From: Octopus sinensis | Taxonomy: Eukaryota | Assembly (NCBI RefSeq): GCF_006345805.1 | Contig: NW_021832125.1 | Location: 1-64,000, forward strand | Reading direction: 5' to 3' | DNA length: 64,000 nt | Part shown: piece by piece, positions 9,993-24,949 of the stretch | Numbering within the stretch: the stretch's first letter is position 1 | Layout of the letters: each line of letters opens with the position of its first letter | Translations under genes and position numbers: made by a program | Notes under the pieces: model-generated | The model's input: only the letters and a program-made list of their open reading frames with translations | Databases searched by the model: none | Told to the model about the DNA's origin: nothing

Positions 9993-12900
9993 TTACAATG
10001 TAAAAAAACATTTCAGATATTTGAAAAAAGCCGAGTGCAAATGATTAACCTGCTTATAAATTATATTTTTTTGAGTAAGAGAAAGTGATTCCATTGTCTC
10101 TTGAATATGATTCATTATTGATTTTCCGACAGCTTCATCACAGTTTTCAAATTGGTTACTCAAATTACATAAAACTTCCAATCCCTTAATTTTGAGTTTC
10201 TCAGACAACAAAAAATTTAGTATGTCGTGAATAATGGCATCAAGAGTATCACTGTATAAAATCTTAAACAATATATACAATCGTTCCGGAGTATTCTGAG
10301 AATTGAAAAAACCAAACAAGGATAAAGAATTTGAACTTGTTATTTCATCACAAATCATCTTTAATATAAGACGACGTGTAGTTTGTAAAATAGCTGAATC
10401 CAGTAGTTCCTATACAAATTAAATTCAAGCAAACACGGTAAGAGGACTGCATAATCCAATCAAGCTATATCGTTTGATAATTAGACGTGTTACACGAGCT
10501 ATATAAGCGTCACGGCAAATATTTAATTGTGAAATACCTATTAGATACTGATAATAATTTCAGAAACAAATCATACCATGTCTAAATGTGGTTTCGTTAT
10601 ATGGTTATCACTCATTAATATTCTCCGGACTATTAACGCAAAAAGGCATTGCCGTTTTGATTGATGGTAAATTATAGTCGCAGAAAATGCAATGAGATGT
10701 GCACATAAATCTTGACACAAATAATTTATCTTCTCATTTGAAGAAGACAAAATATTTTCAAGTGATTCAAAATATTTTACAAACCGATCACAATATTTGT
10801 TCCGCAATTCTTGAGTATACTGCTATAATGATTAATAACTGAAATAACGTGATTGTAATTTTTAACAAGAGCTTTCCCCACATAAAGGATTAAGGTGACA
10901 TAAAAATTAGATGAAATAATTTCAGTTTGACTAGAATCAATCCATTCATAATAATTTAAAATACATTTCCAGGCAAATCTGTACATTAAAAAGTATTTTA
11001 TATACACTCCTATATTGTTATGGAGTTGCAGATTCTCGTGATATATAAGAATAGAAATTGATAACTTTGAAAGATGTAAGTCATCAATAATTGACGGGAT
11101 ATATGATTTTTCAAATATTTTACATGCAAGAAAGGCAGAGGTCAGACTGAAAAATATAAATAAAACAAGTATTAACATATTTCTATTGCAAGTAATTATT
11201 TTTTCAAGTATGATCGGAAAATCAATTATTTTCATATCACAAAGTGACAGTATCATATCGGCAACCATAGAAGAAAAATCGTTATTATTTTCATTTGTAG
11301 AAATAATGTACTTTGTTAACATTTCGCATATTGATCGAAGAGAGTCTCGTCGAAGAAGAGTTGAATCCAGAACTCCTTTACTTTTTTCGAGCATACTAAT
11401 GGCATTAATAAAAAATACACATTAATGTATCAATTAAATTTCCACATAATTTTACAATAATTTTACTTTGATCTGACGATAAGAGGAATATATTATAGAT
11501 AGAAATACATCCTATGAATTTTAGTTCAGGGAATATACCCATATAATTCTCAACGGAGGTATCATAATTAGTTAAAAGAATCATAAATTCAAAATGCATC
11601 TTTACAATTGAAAACCAACTGTTCATATCAACTGAAATACTAATGCGATTAATTAAATAAACAGAGACCTCCACAATTCCTTTAACAGGGTAGGCCAATC
11701 AGCAATAAAAAAACTTTCGCAGTTTCTAATTCGGTGAATTTCAACTCGGTGGTAAATTTTGAGTAGAGCAAAAGGTTTAATAGTTTTAAGATGAGATATA
11801 AGTTGAATCAATTGCTATTTAACCAAATTAATTAAAAATATGCAACTTTTCCAATACCGATGGAAAGTGAAATTTCAGTAAGATTGTCGAGACCATTTTC
11901 ATTGAGAGTTGAAATCTTTTTTACATGAAATTTAAACAAAAATCTAAAATATTTTTTAATTAATACCGCCCCGTGAGACGACTCCAGGTCAACGTATTGT
12001 CTGAAATTGATAGTCGATACAAAGTCACTAATTTTAAATATAAGCTTAAACATGTAGTTGAATCCAATATGGATTCGAAATTTCTATTCTAAGAATTAAA
12101 AAAATTAATTACAATATTAAAAACATAGTAGTCGGTCAAAATAAACAAACATTCCACTGAAACAAAATTATATACCTCAGAAATTGATATCAAAGAATTA
12201 AGCAATGTAATAAAATGGTTTCTATTGTAAAACTAATTAAATATTTTAACTCCCAGTGTATACCATATTCATCCTTTTGCAAAATCTTTCAATTAAACAA
12301 ATCAAAGTATGATTGAACGAATGCTAAAAGTAGTTAATTAAAAATTAAATATTACATGACTTGATTGTACTAATTTCATTACGCGAGAAAAATACAAAAT
12401 GATTAAATGTTCAGAATCAGACAGAAATTCTTTCATATTATAAATCAATTTTCAAACCCAAATTTTGACAGTTCCACATTTCAAATAAAGTCTCCTTAAC
12501 AAAAATCCAAAGATCTTTCATGTTCAGAAATTCATGCGAAATAATAAAATTAAGAGTGTTCCAAGATTCAGTAAGACAACTGCAAAGCTGCAAATCCGAC
12601 AGAGAAGCGAGAATGAGATGTTTTTCTATTATTTTTTTAAATATTAACTCAAGAAGATTCGTGGAAGAAATATTAGAACCAATCCCTTGTTTCTCATGAT
12701 AGATTATAGTAGATATTGAAAGCAAAGAAAACCATAAAAATTGTAATATCATTGAATGATTAATCTATAAACAATAAAAAAAGTCAAAACTTTTATATCC
12801 AAAGATTCTGAAGATTGAACAATCAATTGAACAAATTTCGATTTATCATGAATATTAATAATATTACTGAAATTTATAAATTTTTAATAACCTTAATATT

Positions 12901-13372
12901 ACAGAATCAAAAATAAAATTTAAAAATTTTGCCAAATTCATTTTTTCTTCGTCAATACCTATATGTTAGGTTTTAGATAAATATACAATTGCAATGCTTG
13001 AATTTGTTCATAAACGTTCTATTGAATTAAAATAGGCGACTTTACTTGATTGGGAAAAAAATTAAGGAGACAGGATCGGAATCTAAAGGTGCGATAAAAC
13101 AGTGATTGAAAAAAACAATTGTGCGGTGGTGGTTTTGAAAAGTTAAAGACAAGAAGAACTTTTTTGAACTGATATAAAAAATAATTTAATATCAATATAA
13201 AACCTCGATAGAAAATCATTTAGATTATTGTTATTTTGATGGCAATTGAAATAAAATATTTTCCAGCCTTTAAAAGTAAAAATTAGAAAAATTAAAATTT
13301 ACTGAAATGATAGTCATTTAATAATAATTTTTCTTGATTAATAGAACCCAGAATTGGTGAAAGAGAGCACAT
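9993..13372 (-). CDS. MMS22L: MMS22-like DNA repair protein, multi-exon with 27-35-nt introns (exact exon map incomplete)
   Basis: Segments match recalled human MMS22L: KFHVKKISTLNENGLDNL vs KFHQKRMEELTEVGLQNF; CSCLTESW...DLWIFVKETLFE vs CLCIKELW...SFWNWLNKLLKTLLE; YLIGI...DAYI vs YLQG...NAYL. GT-AG introns at 13268-13302, 13169-13203, 13019-13045, 12959-12986, 10548-10576 and 10410-10436 join local reading frames. ATG at 13372 is the likely start. Confidence 0.75.
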
Positions 13373-13469
13373 CAAAGCATATCACATAAACGACAAAAAA
13401 TTTATTAATTATAATTAAAAAAATATTTAAAGTTAAATTATCTATTTTATACAAAAACACTTAACAGAT

Positions 13470-14930
13470 GACATAGAGAAAAGGAGTAAGTTATATGGCA
13501 GCAACAAGGACGCAGTGTACGTTGCCGCCAACGATAGTTAGGCCAATGCGCTAGCAGAACCAGTAACTCTCTCTCGGATCCTTAAGCCTTTTCTCAATCG
13601 ACAACCCAACTACGGTAAGGAACAAATGAGTGTCCTTCCCGCTGCTCCAGCGGTTTCTAGGGCAATTGGTAAAACACTGTAGGGGTCCGCTAGGGCTGAA
13701 TACTTTTCCAATTTTATCTTTTCGGCGTGGTTTACAGCCAAACGAGGGTTTGTAGCGGAAGAGACGATTTGCGACTTTGAAAACGTTACATCCTATAAAA
13801 GAGTTCTCCCAAACGAGTAAAGGAATATTGTCATCCCGTCCGGCCTTTTGCAGTCCCCTTGCTCAAGTCCGACAGGTTCGAGGAAGCACAAATGGTCCGC
13901 TGACTCGAGTCCCGCCTTCACGATTTCGTTGAGGGTCTTGTGTCTGTGTGCCCTGCTTGCACTCATCTTGCATGGCAGTGGATGCAGTTCCTTTTCGTCA
14001 ACAGTCTCACCGCATCTGCAACGGTGTTTAGCACATATGTCCAATCCAAGTTGGTGAGTGACACTAATCAGCAAGACAACATCATCTAGCCACGTTCCAA
14101 TACGGGAGAAAAGGAGAGCATTCAGCTAGCTGCCAGAGTGAATTACCGAAAGGATTCAGCGGCTTTTTAAAATGATTTTAGAATGATGGCTTATGCAAGG
14201 AGTAGATCCATTTGCAAAAAACAGGGTTAATAAAATTCAGCAGATGTTCCTTAGGAGGAAAAAGACAGTGTGTGAGTCCAGGATAGCAAGATTGGTTAAA
14301 AGCCTTTGAAAATATTCAGTTTTAGTAGATAACATGCATAGAAGCTTTGAGGCGGAGAGGGAGCCACCAAAGAAGGTATCGATTGGGATAACGTAGGGGC
14401 GAGGTGGGGTTGCTCTGGAGCGGGGCACGGCGGATTGGAAGAACATGCGACATTAATGATATCGGTTTTCGTTGTGTTGACGAAGAGGCCGAGGGGAGCT
14501 AGGGCTGGGACGATGTGTTCGACATCCCGAATTACGTGTTCACCACAGCCTTCTAATGTGGCATCATCCAGATACCACAGATTGAAAGGAAAGACAGCAA
14601 ATCGAGCTATCTCATCAATTCTTATCGCGAAGAGAAGAAGCCCAAGCGGGTCACCTTTTTGCACGCTATTCTGCGAACGGATGATCTCATTCCATACACG
14701 AGACAACTCTCAGAACCGTATGCAAGCCAGACGAAATAAATTATTTCCAGGGTTCTTCGAAAGATGCTTCCAATATGGCATCGCAACGCACGCTTTTGAA
14801 AGCGATATGATATCCAGCTGCATCCAGATGAAATCAGTAGTGCAAGTTTTCCCATGGAGAAAAAACTCCTCGTGGCGCAAACAGCTTCTTTGCAGTCGCC
14901 GCGTACGCCGACACCGACTTGAGTAGGTGA
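13470..14930 (-). mobile_element. Degraded CRE-like RLE retrotransposon
   Basis: Homologous to 2544-4353 (GDPLGLLLF, WYLDD, CAKHRCRCG, KRPDG) with many stops and frameshifts. Confidence 0.85.
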
Positions 14931-15559
14931 AAGCTCGGTCCCAATTTTCGTCGCAAATCTTCTGGCAGCTTTAAAATCTCAATTTATGTGCTTAAGAATT
15001 TGTAGTGGCATAATATTTAACACCATTTTTTGACTTATGATTTTGAATTTGCAGAATATTTCCAGCCATTTTGGTTCTTGAGGATTTGTAGTGGCACGAT
15101 ATTTTGAGATTAGCTTTCACTGTTATACCTACCTTTTGATATTGTGACATGGGCAACATTGTCGCTTTTACTGAGTATAGGCGAGTGGCTTATGACTTAA
15201 AGCCATTTCAAACACTTATTTTTTTGGTTAGAGACTGGCAATATCTAAGCATTGAAAATTACGGCTATGAAGAATGGCGTGTTCTACTTGAAAATTTCCT
15301 GAAAGTGGCTATTTGCTGGTTATTGAGTCAAATAAACACATGAATACAGTAAATTACAAGATGTTAGGAAATTCATTCGTCGTAGTTTTGAAAATATTCA
15401 ATGTTGTCTGATGCCTTATCCAGGAACGCCGGCGACACCAGTAAATTTAATGGAAATATCGAAGGTTCGAAATTTGTAACTAACTTGAAGATATTAACAC
15501 GGATTTTATCGATATTTTGTTTAAACTGATTTCGAAGTTGTTGGATAAGTGTAATCACT

Positions 15560-15851
15560 ATTGATCGGGAAACCGAAATTGCCCAGATGTTTCAAGAATT
15601 ATAATTCCTTTGTTTCTTATTACAATTCCAAAAGGGCTTGGATGACAGCATCAATTTTTGCGAACTGGATTACGAATTTTGACAATTTATTGAAAATTGA
15701 AAATAGATCAATTTTGTTATTAATCAATAACTGGCCATCCCATTGCCCGCTTCTTTATTTGAAAAATATTAAAATAATGTTTTTTCCAAAATACAGTACA
15801 TGGCATATTCAGCCAATAGATCTGGGCATTATAAAAACGTTCAATTTCTTC
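15560..15851 (+). mobile_element. pogo/Tigger DDE transposase fragment
   Basis: IGKPKLPRCFK...KRAWMTASIF...LLLINNWPSH...IQPIDLGII; near-identical to 43200-43348. Confidence 0.8.
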
Positions 15852-16773
15852 TTATAAAAAGATTCATAATCAGAGAAGTAACTTCTATGTGCCCAAAATG
15901 CAAACAAACTGATCCATTGATTAAAAATAAGTCTAAAATTGTTCATATTGTAGCAAAATCACCACGAGAACGGTTTCTTTAATCATTTATTCTAGGTACC
16001 AGATTGATTTGGTTGATCTATCACTTTATTCTTCTTTAGATAATTCATATAAGTATCTAATGAATGTAATCGACATTTATTCCAAATTCTGTTTTGCAAG
16101 AGCTATTCTCAATAAGGAAGCTGTTACAGTATCAGAGTCCCTAAGACGTATTTTTGAATCTTATGGCCCGCCCAAAATAATCCAAACTGACAACGGAAAA
16201 GAATTTGTGAATTCGGAAATAGATTCCTTATGCCAACAATTTAAAATAATCCATAAGAGAGGACGACCAAGGCATCCCGAGTATCAAGGCCAAGTAGAGC
16301 GTTGCAACCAAACTCTCTGCAGATGGCTTCAATAGGAACTATTTGGAAAAGAAAAGATATGGACTGCTGCATTAAGCAATGTAGAATATAGATACAATAT
16401 TTCTGTACATTCTGCAACTAAACTATCACCATTTATGTCATTTTTTAATACGCGAGGATATAATGTTTCCTACTTTGACCAGGAAGCAAGCTTAGAGGAA
16501 ACAGAAGACATTACAAATGAATCATACATTTCTCGTATGGAAAGAAATAGTTCACTCCAAAATTGTCAAATCGAAAATTTTAAAGTTGGAGATCACGTAC
16601 TATTAAAAGAAGATTTTGATACGAATCAAAAAACTAAAAAAAGGAAATTAGAATCTTTTTTCTTCGAAAAAACTTTTACTATCAAAGAATCAATTTCCCA
16701 AAAAAGAATAATGATAGAAAATGAAGATGAAACCGAAAAAACGGTTTTTTACTCTCAAATTAAAAAAATTTAA
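15852..16773 (+). mobile_element. Ginger-like integrase fragment with a 23-nt intron (15973-15995)
   Basis: CPKC zinc motif; splicing gives PRER|YQIDLVDL; IQTDNGKEF; GRPRHPEYQGQVER; SH3/GPY-F-like tail. Same family as 39222-40712. Confidence 0.85.
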
Positions 16774-17747
16774 ATAAATTGTTTTGAAATTATTTTTAAT
16801 AAATCCCTGTACAAATTGAAAAATAGTAGATTGAAAGTATGTTGAGATAGTATCTGTATCAAAAATGCCGCGGCCGAAGGCCGCATAGGGGAATAGTAGC
16901 TATCTTAAAAATTTCGGCCAAAGGCCGTTAGGAAGGTAAGGCTTTATTTGATCAGAAAATCTCTTCTGTATTAACTTAAAAATAAATTTAGAAAATTAAA
17001 TAAAAATTATATTCTGAAATCTGCCATTTCTCAAATTGGCCACAATTTCGCCAGGAACCAAAAATGGCAAATTTGAAAGTTTACTGTACTAGAAAAAATT
17101 ATCCATATGAATGAAGATTAATTAATTGATAAATTGAATACAAATTTACTTGCAAAATAAACTTTATAGAAAATATTTTACCAGTAGTCAATTTAATTAA
17201 TCTTCAAACAAATAAAAAAACAAAAATATATTAAAAATACAGAATTAATTGCAAGAAAAAATAAAATAGGAATTAACAACCAGAAGCACGACAAAAAAAT
17301 AGCGTGCATAACAACACGTGATGTGTAATTTATCATAATTATGTCAATAAATTTAAAATATTTAAAAAAATAAATACTATTTAGTATTTTCAGTCGGTTT
17401 GAATTCAGCTAGTTTACTTTTATAATTTTTTAAATAGAAAATTAAATTTTGAATAATTATTTGTGACCGTCCGCTGAATGGACCAATTTCAAAATGTCAT
17501 TTTTATCAATTCTATCCGTATAGAATATGTCTTAATTTTTTCCAAGTCCCATCTTAAAGCTATTTTTAATGGTTTTCGTGACTTTTGGAAAAATTAGATA
17601 TTCTACAAAACCAACCAGCCCATCAATTAAAAAGAATATTGATTAATTAACGTATTTTTATTAATTTTAGTGGTTATCCATTACAAATTAATTAAAAAAT
17701 TACTTTTATTTAAAAAAACTACTAAGTTAAATTATCAATATCAGCGT

Positions 17748-17960
17748 AATTCTAAAAGCCAACCCTAACACTAACCAAACCCTAACACTAACCAAACCCT
17801 AACACTAAACATAATTAAGTTAATTCTAAAAGCCGACCCAAACACTAACCAAACCCTAACGCTAAACATAATTAAGCCTAATTCTAAAAGCCAACCCTAA
17901 CCCTAACCAAACCCTAACGCTTAACGTAACCAACCCTAACCCTAATTGTAACCAATCCAA
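17748..17960. repeat. Degenerate CCCTAA-rich (telomere-like) repeats inside the Ginger subterminal region
   Basis: About ten ccctaa hexamers in 17-bp units (aaccctaacactaacca), nested in ~65-70-bp units beginning taattctaaaagcc. Confidence 0.8.
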
Positions 17961-18528
17961 TTAATTTCAAACTTTTACTAAATTCTAATTTTTAAACCAA
18001 CTCTAACTTGACAGAACCCTTATTAAGCCCTAACTTTACAAAGCTTTATTTTTAAAAATCAACCAGATTTTGAACTTTATATTCGTCACAAAAAATTTCT
18101 AAAATAAAGTCAACTAAGCTTTTTCAATCTTGAAATATGTACGTCAATTACAATCTTCCCTTTATCGTCTTCTGGAACATACAAATCTCCATTAACGGTT
18201 CTGACATAATAAAGTGTAGTATCCAGTCCATCATATAAAGGCAGCTTTGGTCGATTTGCGTCCGAATCAGTTCTTAAAATCACCCGATCTCCCTCAATTA
18301 TCGCATCTTTGTCGTATTTCCACTTTTGTCTCTTTATCATTTTGTCCGCTGCCACAAGAATGTTGTCATAAGCAACTTTTCGCGCATTTAAAATTTCCTC
18401 TTGGTCTTTATATCCAAGCAAATCAGTTCGGTCTTTTTCTGGAATGTCTTGAGGGTTTTTCTGGCCCATGAACAAATAAAAAAAAATATTCTTAGTTGTC
18501 TCATGAACAGTGGAGTTGTAATCAAATA

Positions 18529-19517
18529 TTTCGCGACCCACGCTGGCGACCATCAGTTGACATGTGATGTATTTTTGACATTAATTGCGACCATCAGTTT
18601 GACAGGTGATGTATTTTAATTGATGTATTTTTGTATCAATTAAAAAAAACTAATGACATGTTAACACTTAAAAAAATTAACATTTTTTAACTCTGTTCAT
18701 AGTAACGATCCTACTTTTATTTTGGAATTCGATCTAAATGTTAGGAATGGTAACTCACTAGTAGTCTGTTATTTGACATTACTTCTTTCACTGTTCCCTT
18801 TTCTTCATATGGGGATTCAAATCTGCTTTTTCCATCGTTAAACTCTTTATATATCTAACATCAATAAGATCCGCCTGAAATCTTTCATTGGGTTTTCCTG
18901 CAGTTACATGGTAATTAGAATTCGACACCTAGGTATATTTTTTTCAAAATACTTTCAATGGTAGGGCAAATTTACAAATTTCGCAGTCTTTTATAATTTG
19001 TTCGATAATTGGACGTTTTACAGTGAAATAGAATTCACTGCACTTTTTCTGAAGCTTTCGTATTCCCCAGTAGGATTCTTGGTGAATGGCGAATGCTAGT
19101 GTCCTCATCTCCATTTCATTGTCCAAACAAATGACCAATTTGTGTTTTTGGTTATTCTCGTCCTTTAGATAAAGACTATGAGTTAGGAGTCGCAAATATA
19201 CCGATCATTAATGATGATAAATTGAGTCGTTTTTTTCATAAGTTTGTATTTTTCTGACTTGGATGTAGTCATCATTGGTTGTTGAAGTAGTACACTTCTC
19301 AGATTTTGGTATTCACTGTCGTTTTTCACGTAGCCTAAGAATTAAGACTATATGAGCTAACATCTAATGAGAGAAACCATAATTTTTTTTCTAAAATGAC
19401 GCTAAACCATTTCTTAAAATGAATTTTTTCCCGTTTTAAATTAAATATCAAACTAATCACCTGTCAACTAAAGATCATAACCTGTCAAACTGATGGTCCC
19501 CAGCGTGGGTCGCGACA
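18529..19517 (-). mobile_element. Second Ginger-like element nested in the first; H2C2/integrase N-part with a 24-nt intron
   Basis: TIR (t[t/g]t)cgcgacccacgctgg at both ends; TSD aaata at 18524-18528 and 19518-19522; HQESYWG...CEIC, then LK|VSNSNYHVTAGKPNERFQADLIDV after removing gtattttgaaaaaaatatacctag. Confidence 0.8.
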
Positions 19518-19799
19518 AAATACAATGTCTTTAAGAATGTCCAGATAACGTCCGAATTGATCACGTGACCCACTTGCGGAAGAAATGTCATCTATTTCAT
19601 AAAATTTACATTTTTATTTTAATAAAAAGTTGTCGGTCACTCAACGGCGTGGTCCATTCGGCGGACGGTGACATTATTTTTTAATTTAGTTAAAAAACAA
19701 ACATTATAAATGCAAAATTTAAAAGTCCAGATAAAATTAGTTTTTTGCGGCAGCGCTCGGTAACCCTTGACCAGCACCGCCTGACGGCATCCGCCCCTC

Positions 19800-20850
19800 A
19801 CTCTGGACTCCAAATTAATTCTAGGAAAATGGAACTCAAATTCATCTTAAATATATATTTAAACACAAAACCTTTTCTTAATGATTCAATGTTGTCCTGT
19901 TCAGTACTATTTTCTTTTACAGTATTGAATCCCGGAATCCCACGATATCTTTCGAACGGACTAACACCTACAAAAAATATGAGACAATTTACCTGTGGAG
20001 GAGTGAGGAGTTTGATTTTATAAAAAACAGCCTTTGAAACGTATTTTACCCACTCCTTTTACTTTCCAAACTCATCATTTTCGATAAACTTCGTGTGATC
20101 GTCTGGTTGAATCTCTCCACAATCCCTTGACTTTGCGGATTGTCTGGCCTTCCATGTATTTGAGTCACATTATAGTCTGTGCATAAATTTGTCATGTGAA
20201 TGTTCTTGAACTCTGTTCCGTTGTCCGATTGCAAATATTTACATGGGCCGTAACCCATAAAAATTTCTTCTAGTTTTTTCGGCCACTTCAAAACCACTTT
20301 TATTTAAGAGATTTTTCGAAAAAGAATATTTCGAATAAACGTCGACTACAGTAAGCAACTAAGAAAAATGATTATTTTGATCTTTAAATCTATAAAATAA
20401 CAATAAAAAAATAAAGACCTTTTAAGATCAATCAGATTGACTTGAAATTTCTCATTAGGCGCATGGCAACAATATGAGTTGAATCGTATTGTTTTAGTGG
20501 TACTGAGAATTGACAAATATTGCAATCTCTAACAACTTCCCCAATGATCTCTCTTTTTATTGTATAAAATCTTCTCCTACAAAGAGCTTCCAATGCATTG
20601 TGTCCGCAATGATTGGCCTCATGAATCCCTCGAGCAATATTTTTCATTTCTTCAATGTTCGTGGACACAATGACGAGCTTGTGTAGCCCGTTTACATCCT
20701 TCAGATACAATTCCCCCTCAATTATTGTGAAATTCTCTGCCTTTTTTTCAGTCGATACTTCTTGTGCTTGTGAAGATCGACATTCTCATTTTCAAGTATG
20801 GATTTTAGCAAATTGTATTCACCTTCATCTTTCACATGCAAACGCGTATA
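19800..20850 (-). mobile_element. Third Ginger-like integrase remnant with a 25-nt intron (19968-19992)
   Basis: HEANHCG...CNIC; LQSDNGTEF; GRPDNPQSQGIVERFNQT; HSSTG|VSPF across the intron. Confidence 0.8.
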
Positions 20851-20854
20851 CGAC

Positions 20855-21640
20855 ATTATTATTATTATTATTATTTGCAACATACGTAGAATCATATTAG
20901 TTATAATTTTACTCGTGCAGCGTTAAAAACAATCCTTTGAACCAGCCTCCTCCAACCTCCTCTGTCGTGAGCGAGTTTCCTCAGCTCGTCCAGATCCTCA
21001 CCACTCCTTAGCCTTTTCTTCACACATTTCAGGTCTCCGTCAAGTGTTTCCGGCAGCGTAACACGTGGACGTCCACGGAAGCTCGATCCCTCTTTCAGAA
21101 GTAGCCCTCCATTGCTATGTTAGCTGGGGCAAGCATGTCCATTCGTAGAATATGGCCAAATAACCTCCACCGCATATTGACGATTTCCACACTCAGAGGG
21201 CCAGTTCTGCATCTATTGTATAGCGATTCCTGGTTGATTCTTATAGGCCAGTTCAATCCCAGTAGGGATCTAAGTTGCCTGCGGTGAAAAGAATCGAGTC
21301 CACGTTGTTCAGTACTAGACATTCCCCAGGTCGCCGAATTATATGTCAGGATTGGTTTGACAAAGGCTTCATACATCCTCAGACGAAGTGACGTACAGAG
21401 TCGTCGTTTGCCGATCCACTCTTTCTTTATCTTGTTCATCGTGGCCCAAGCGAGAGCCTTTCTTCTGACAATATCATGGCCGTCCCCAAGTAGAGAACCG
21501 AGTTTGTTCGTTTTGCGCCAGGCTTCACTTGAGCTGCTCTCCATCCTCATGATTTCAACGATGTCGGTTTTTCCAACGTTCATTTTAAGGAACCATCTGT
21601 TCAGCTCAGCAGGTGCCACTTCAAGGAGTCGAAGTAAGGC
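20855..21640 (-). mobile_element. RTE-clade LINE 3' fragment with (TAA)n tail
   Basis: LKMNVGKT, KLGSLLG, YEAFVKPILTYNSATW, MRWRLFGHILRM, RGRPR; (att)n at 20855-20875. Confidence 0.85.
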
Positions 21641-22072
21641 CGATTGTCGTCATTGCGCACAAAAAACAAAATTTATCTAACGTGAGTAAAAATATTTAAA
21701 CTTTTTGGAAAATGCAATTTGTTTTTTTGCCATTTTATATAGTCTGAAATATAGGTGAATATGTACCCTCTCTCAATTTAAATTGAGGCAATGCCTCGAC
21801 TTGCTCTCTTTTGGGCTTCAAATGTCTATACTTAGCCAGAGAGACTCATTTGGCTAGTTAGTAGTATTGAGATAAGTTGCAGGTAATTATTTCCAATAGT
21901 GACTCTGTATTTCAAACACCTCGACTGGATTAATTGAAATACACTCTAATATCGACTTGAGTAAAATATTTAATATAATACTCATCAGTTTCTTATCAGA
22001 TTTATAAATTAATCGATAATGGTTAACCCCATTAAATAAAATACCGCACAGATTAGCCAGAACGTTCTCAAT

Positions 22073-23490
<1,418 letters not shown>

Positions 23491-23819
23491 TTTTCTTTCA
23501 TTACTTTTTTGATTGGGTTTTTTATACAAATTCAATAAGCTAAGAGTGTTATAAATTTTTGTTGATTTAATTCTTGAATCGATCATATTGATACTTAACA
23601 ATGGTAACTAATTTAGATCATTAAACCTTTCGACTAAAAAAATTTTCTGATGACCTTGATTTCGTAACTTTTTTCTGAAACGATTTAAGTCGGCAGTATC
23701 TCTTCCCTTCTGCTCATTAGTATTAACAATGCCCATGAAATTTTTCTCATGAAAATGGTCGAAACCTCTTAAATAATGTCGATGTAGAAAGTAGATATAT
23801 TGCTTATTTGAGTCTATCG

Positions 23820-24220
23820 TTGGATTTGTGATGAAATGTCGACTTTTGTGGTCTTTGTTATATGTGTTGCTAGCATACCGCTAGAATGTTTACTGGCATG
23901 TAGCACTCATTTTGGCAATGTAGCAGAATACATTCGGATGGCATGATAAGAATGGACAGGGTTTTCTACGTTTCTGCAAGGAACTGGGAAACCCATTCAA
24001 GGAAAAGGTGGCCCATGCAGAGGAATTTCGGTCGGTTATAAAGAAATGCACTCCGATTGAGTTCCTCTGCAGAAGGAAGAGAAGACGTTTCCGGGTTACG
24101 GTTGGGTCATCAGAAGATCATGTAAAGAGAGTCCGGCTGTTGTTGGAGGCAGGGATCACCTAATTAGTTAGTTCTGACCTATCTTTCTCGGTGATCTTGG
24201 AGTTAATAAATAAATAAATC
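23820..24220 (+). mobile_element. Possible retroelement 3' end with (TAAA)n tail
   Basis: GC-richer island with an ORF ending ...RVRLLLEAGIT* and taataaataaataaat at 24205-24220; family not identified. Confidence 0.35.
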
Positions 24221-24949
24221 CATCTATTGAAAGGGCACTGCATGTATACTTTCCATAATTTTCTTTACCTGCATTAAAGATTGAAGCCACCGCCAAATTT
24301 TGAGTTAAAATGTATAAATGATTTTGAGTCGGAATTCTCGATTATTAGTTCACTGACGTGTATTTCTGGAGATATTTTGCAATATACATAAAGCATGTTG
24401 TCATCATTATATGACTCCTCTTCGTATGATAAAAAAACAACTTAAATTAAACTTATATTTCCTTGAATGTAAACTTGATGTGCTACTTATAATGAAGAAA
24501 AGAATCCACATTAGTATTCGATTATTATTCTGTTATTAATTAGATAAAGCGTATGGTTAATAATTAGATAAAGCGTATGGTAATTGCCATTCTTCTCAAT
24601 TGACAAATTGATGGCCATCAATCAGTACAAAATAGTTTTTAACAATTAATATCTATTTAATCAAATTTTTGTCTCGAAACGGTTATTTGGAGATGCGTTT
24701 GAAGGACAAGAAACAGAGCTACGATGGATTTCTAGATTTGTTGGATTTTTGGTAGAGAAATTTGCTTTGGTGAAAGCACTAAAATTGTTATTTTAATTCT
24801 TTACAAATAAATGTAAAAATAACACTAAATATTGAATTGAATAACACAAAATAAACAAAAATATTTTTATTAATTATTTTAGAACTAAGTAAAAATTCTT
24901 AGCCTATTAGATTCATTTAATTGTTAATAAATTAAATTAATTCTGATAT

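Larger units (their letters stand above)
17462..19673 (-). mobile_element. Internally deleted Ginger-like transposon with TGT...ACA TIRs and 5-bp TSD
   Basis: Left tgtgaccgtccgctgaatggacc; right end reverse complement tgtcaccgtccgccgaatggacc; TSD ttatt at 17457-17461 and 19674-19678; integrase C-terminal ORF 18110-18528. Confidence 0.8.

Noticed and set aside
14930-15558. Recurrent gtggc motifs and short ORFs
   Set aside because: No clear period, TIR partner or protein motif.
17748-17960. True or healed telomere
   Set aside because: Repeats are interrupted, short and enclosed by the TIRs of a transposon.
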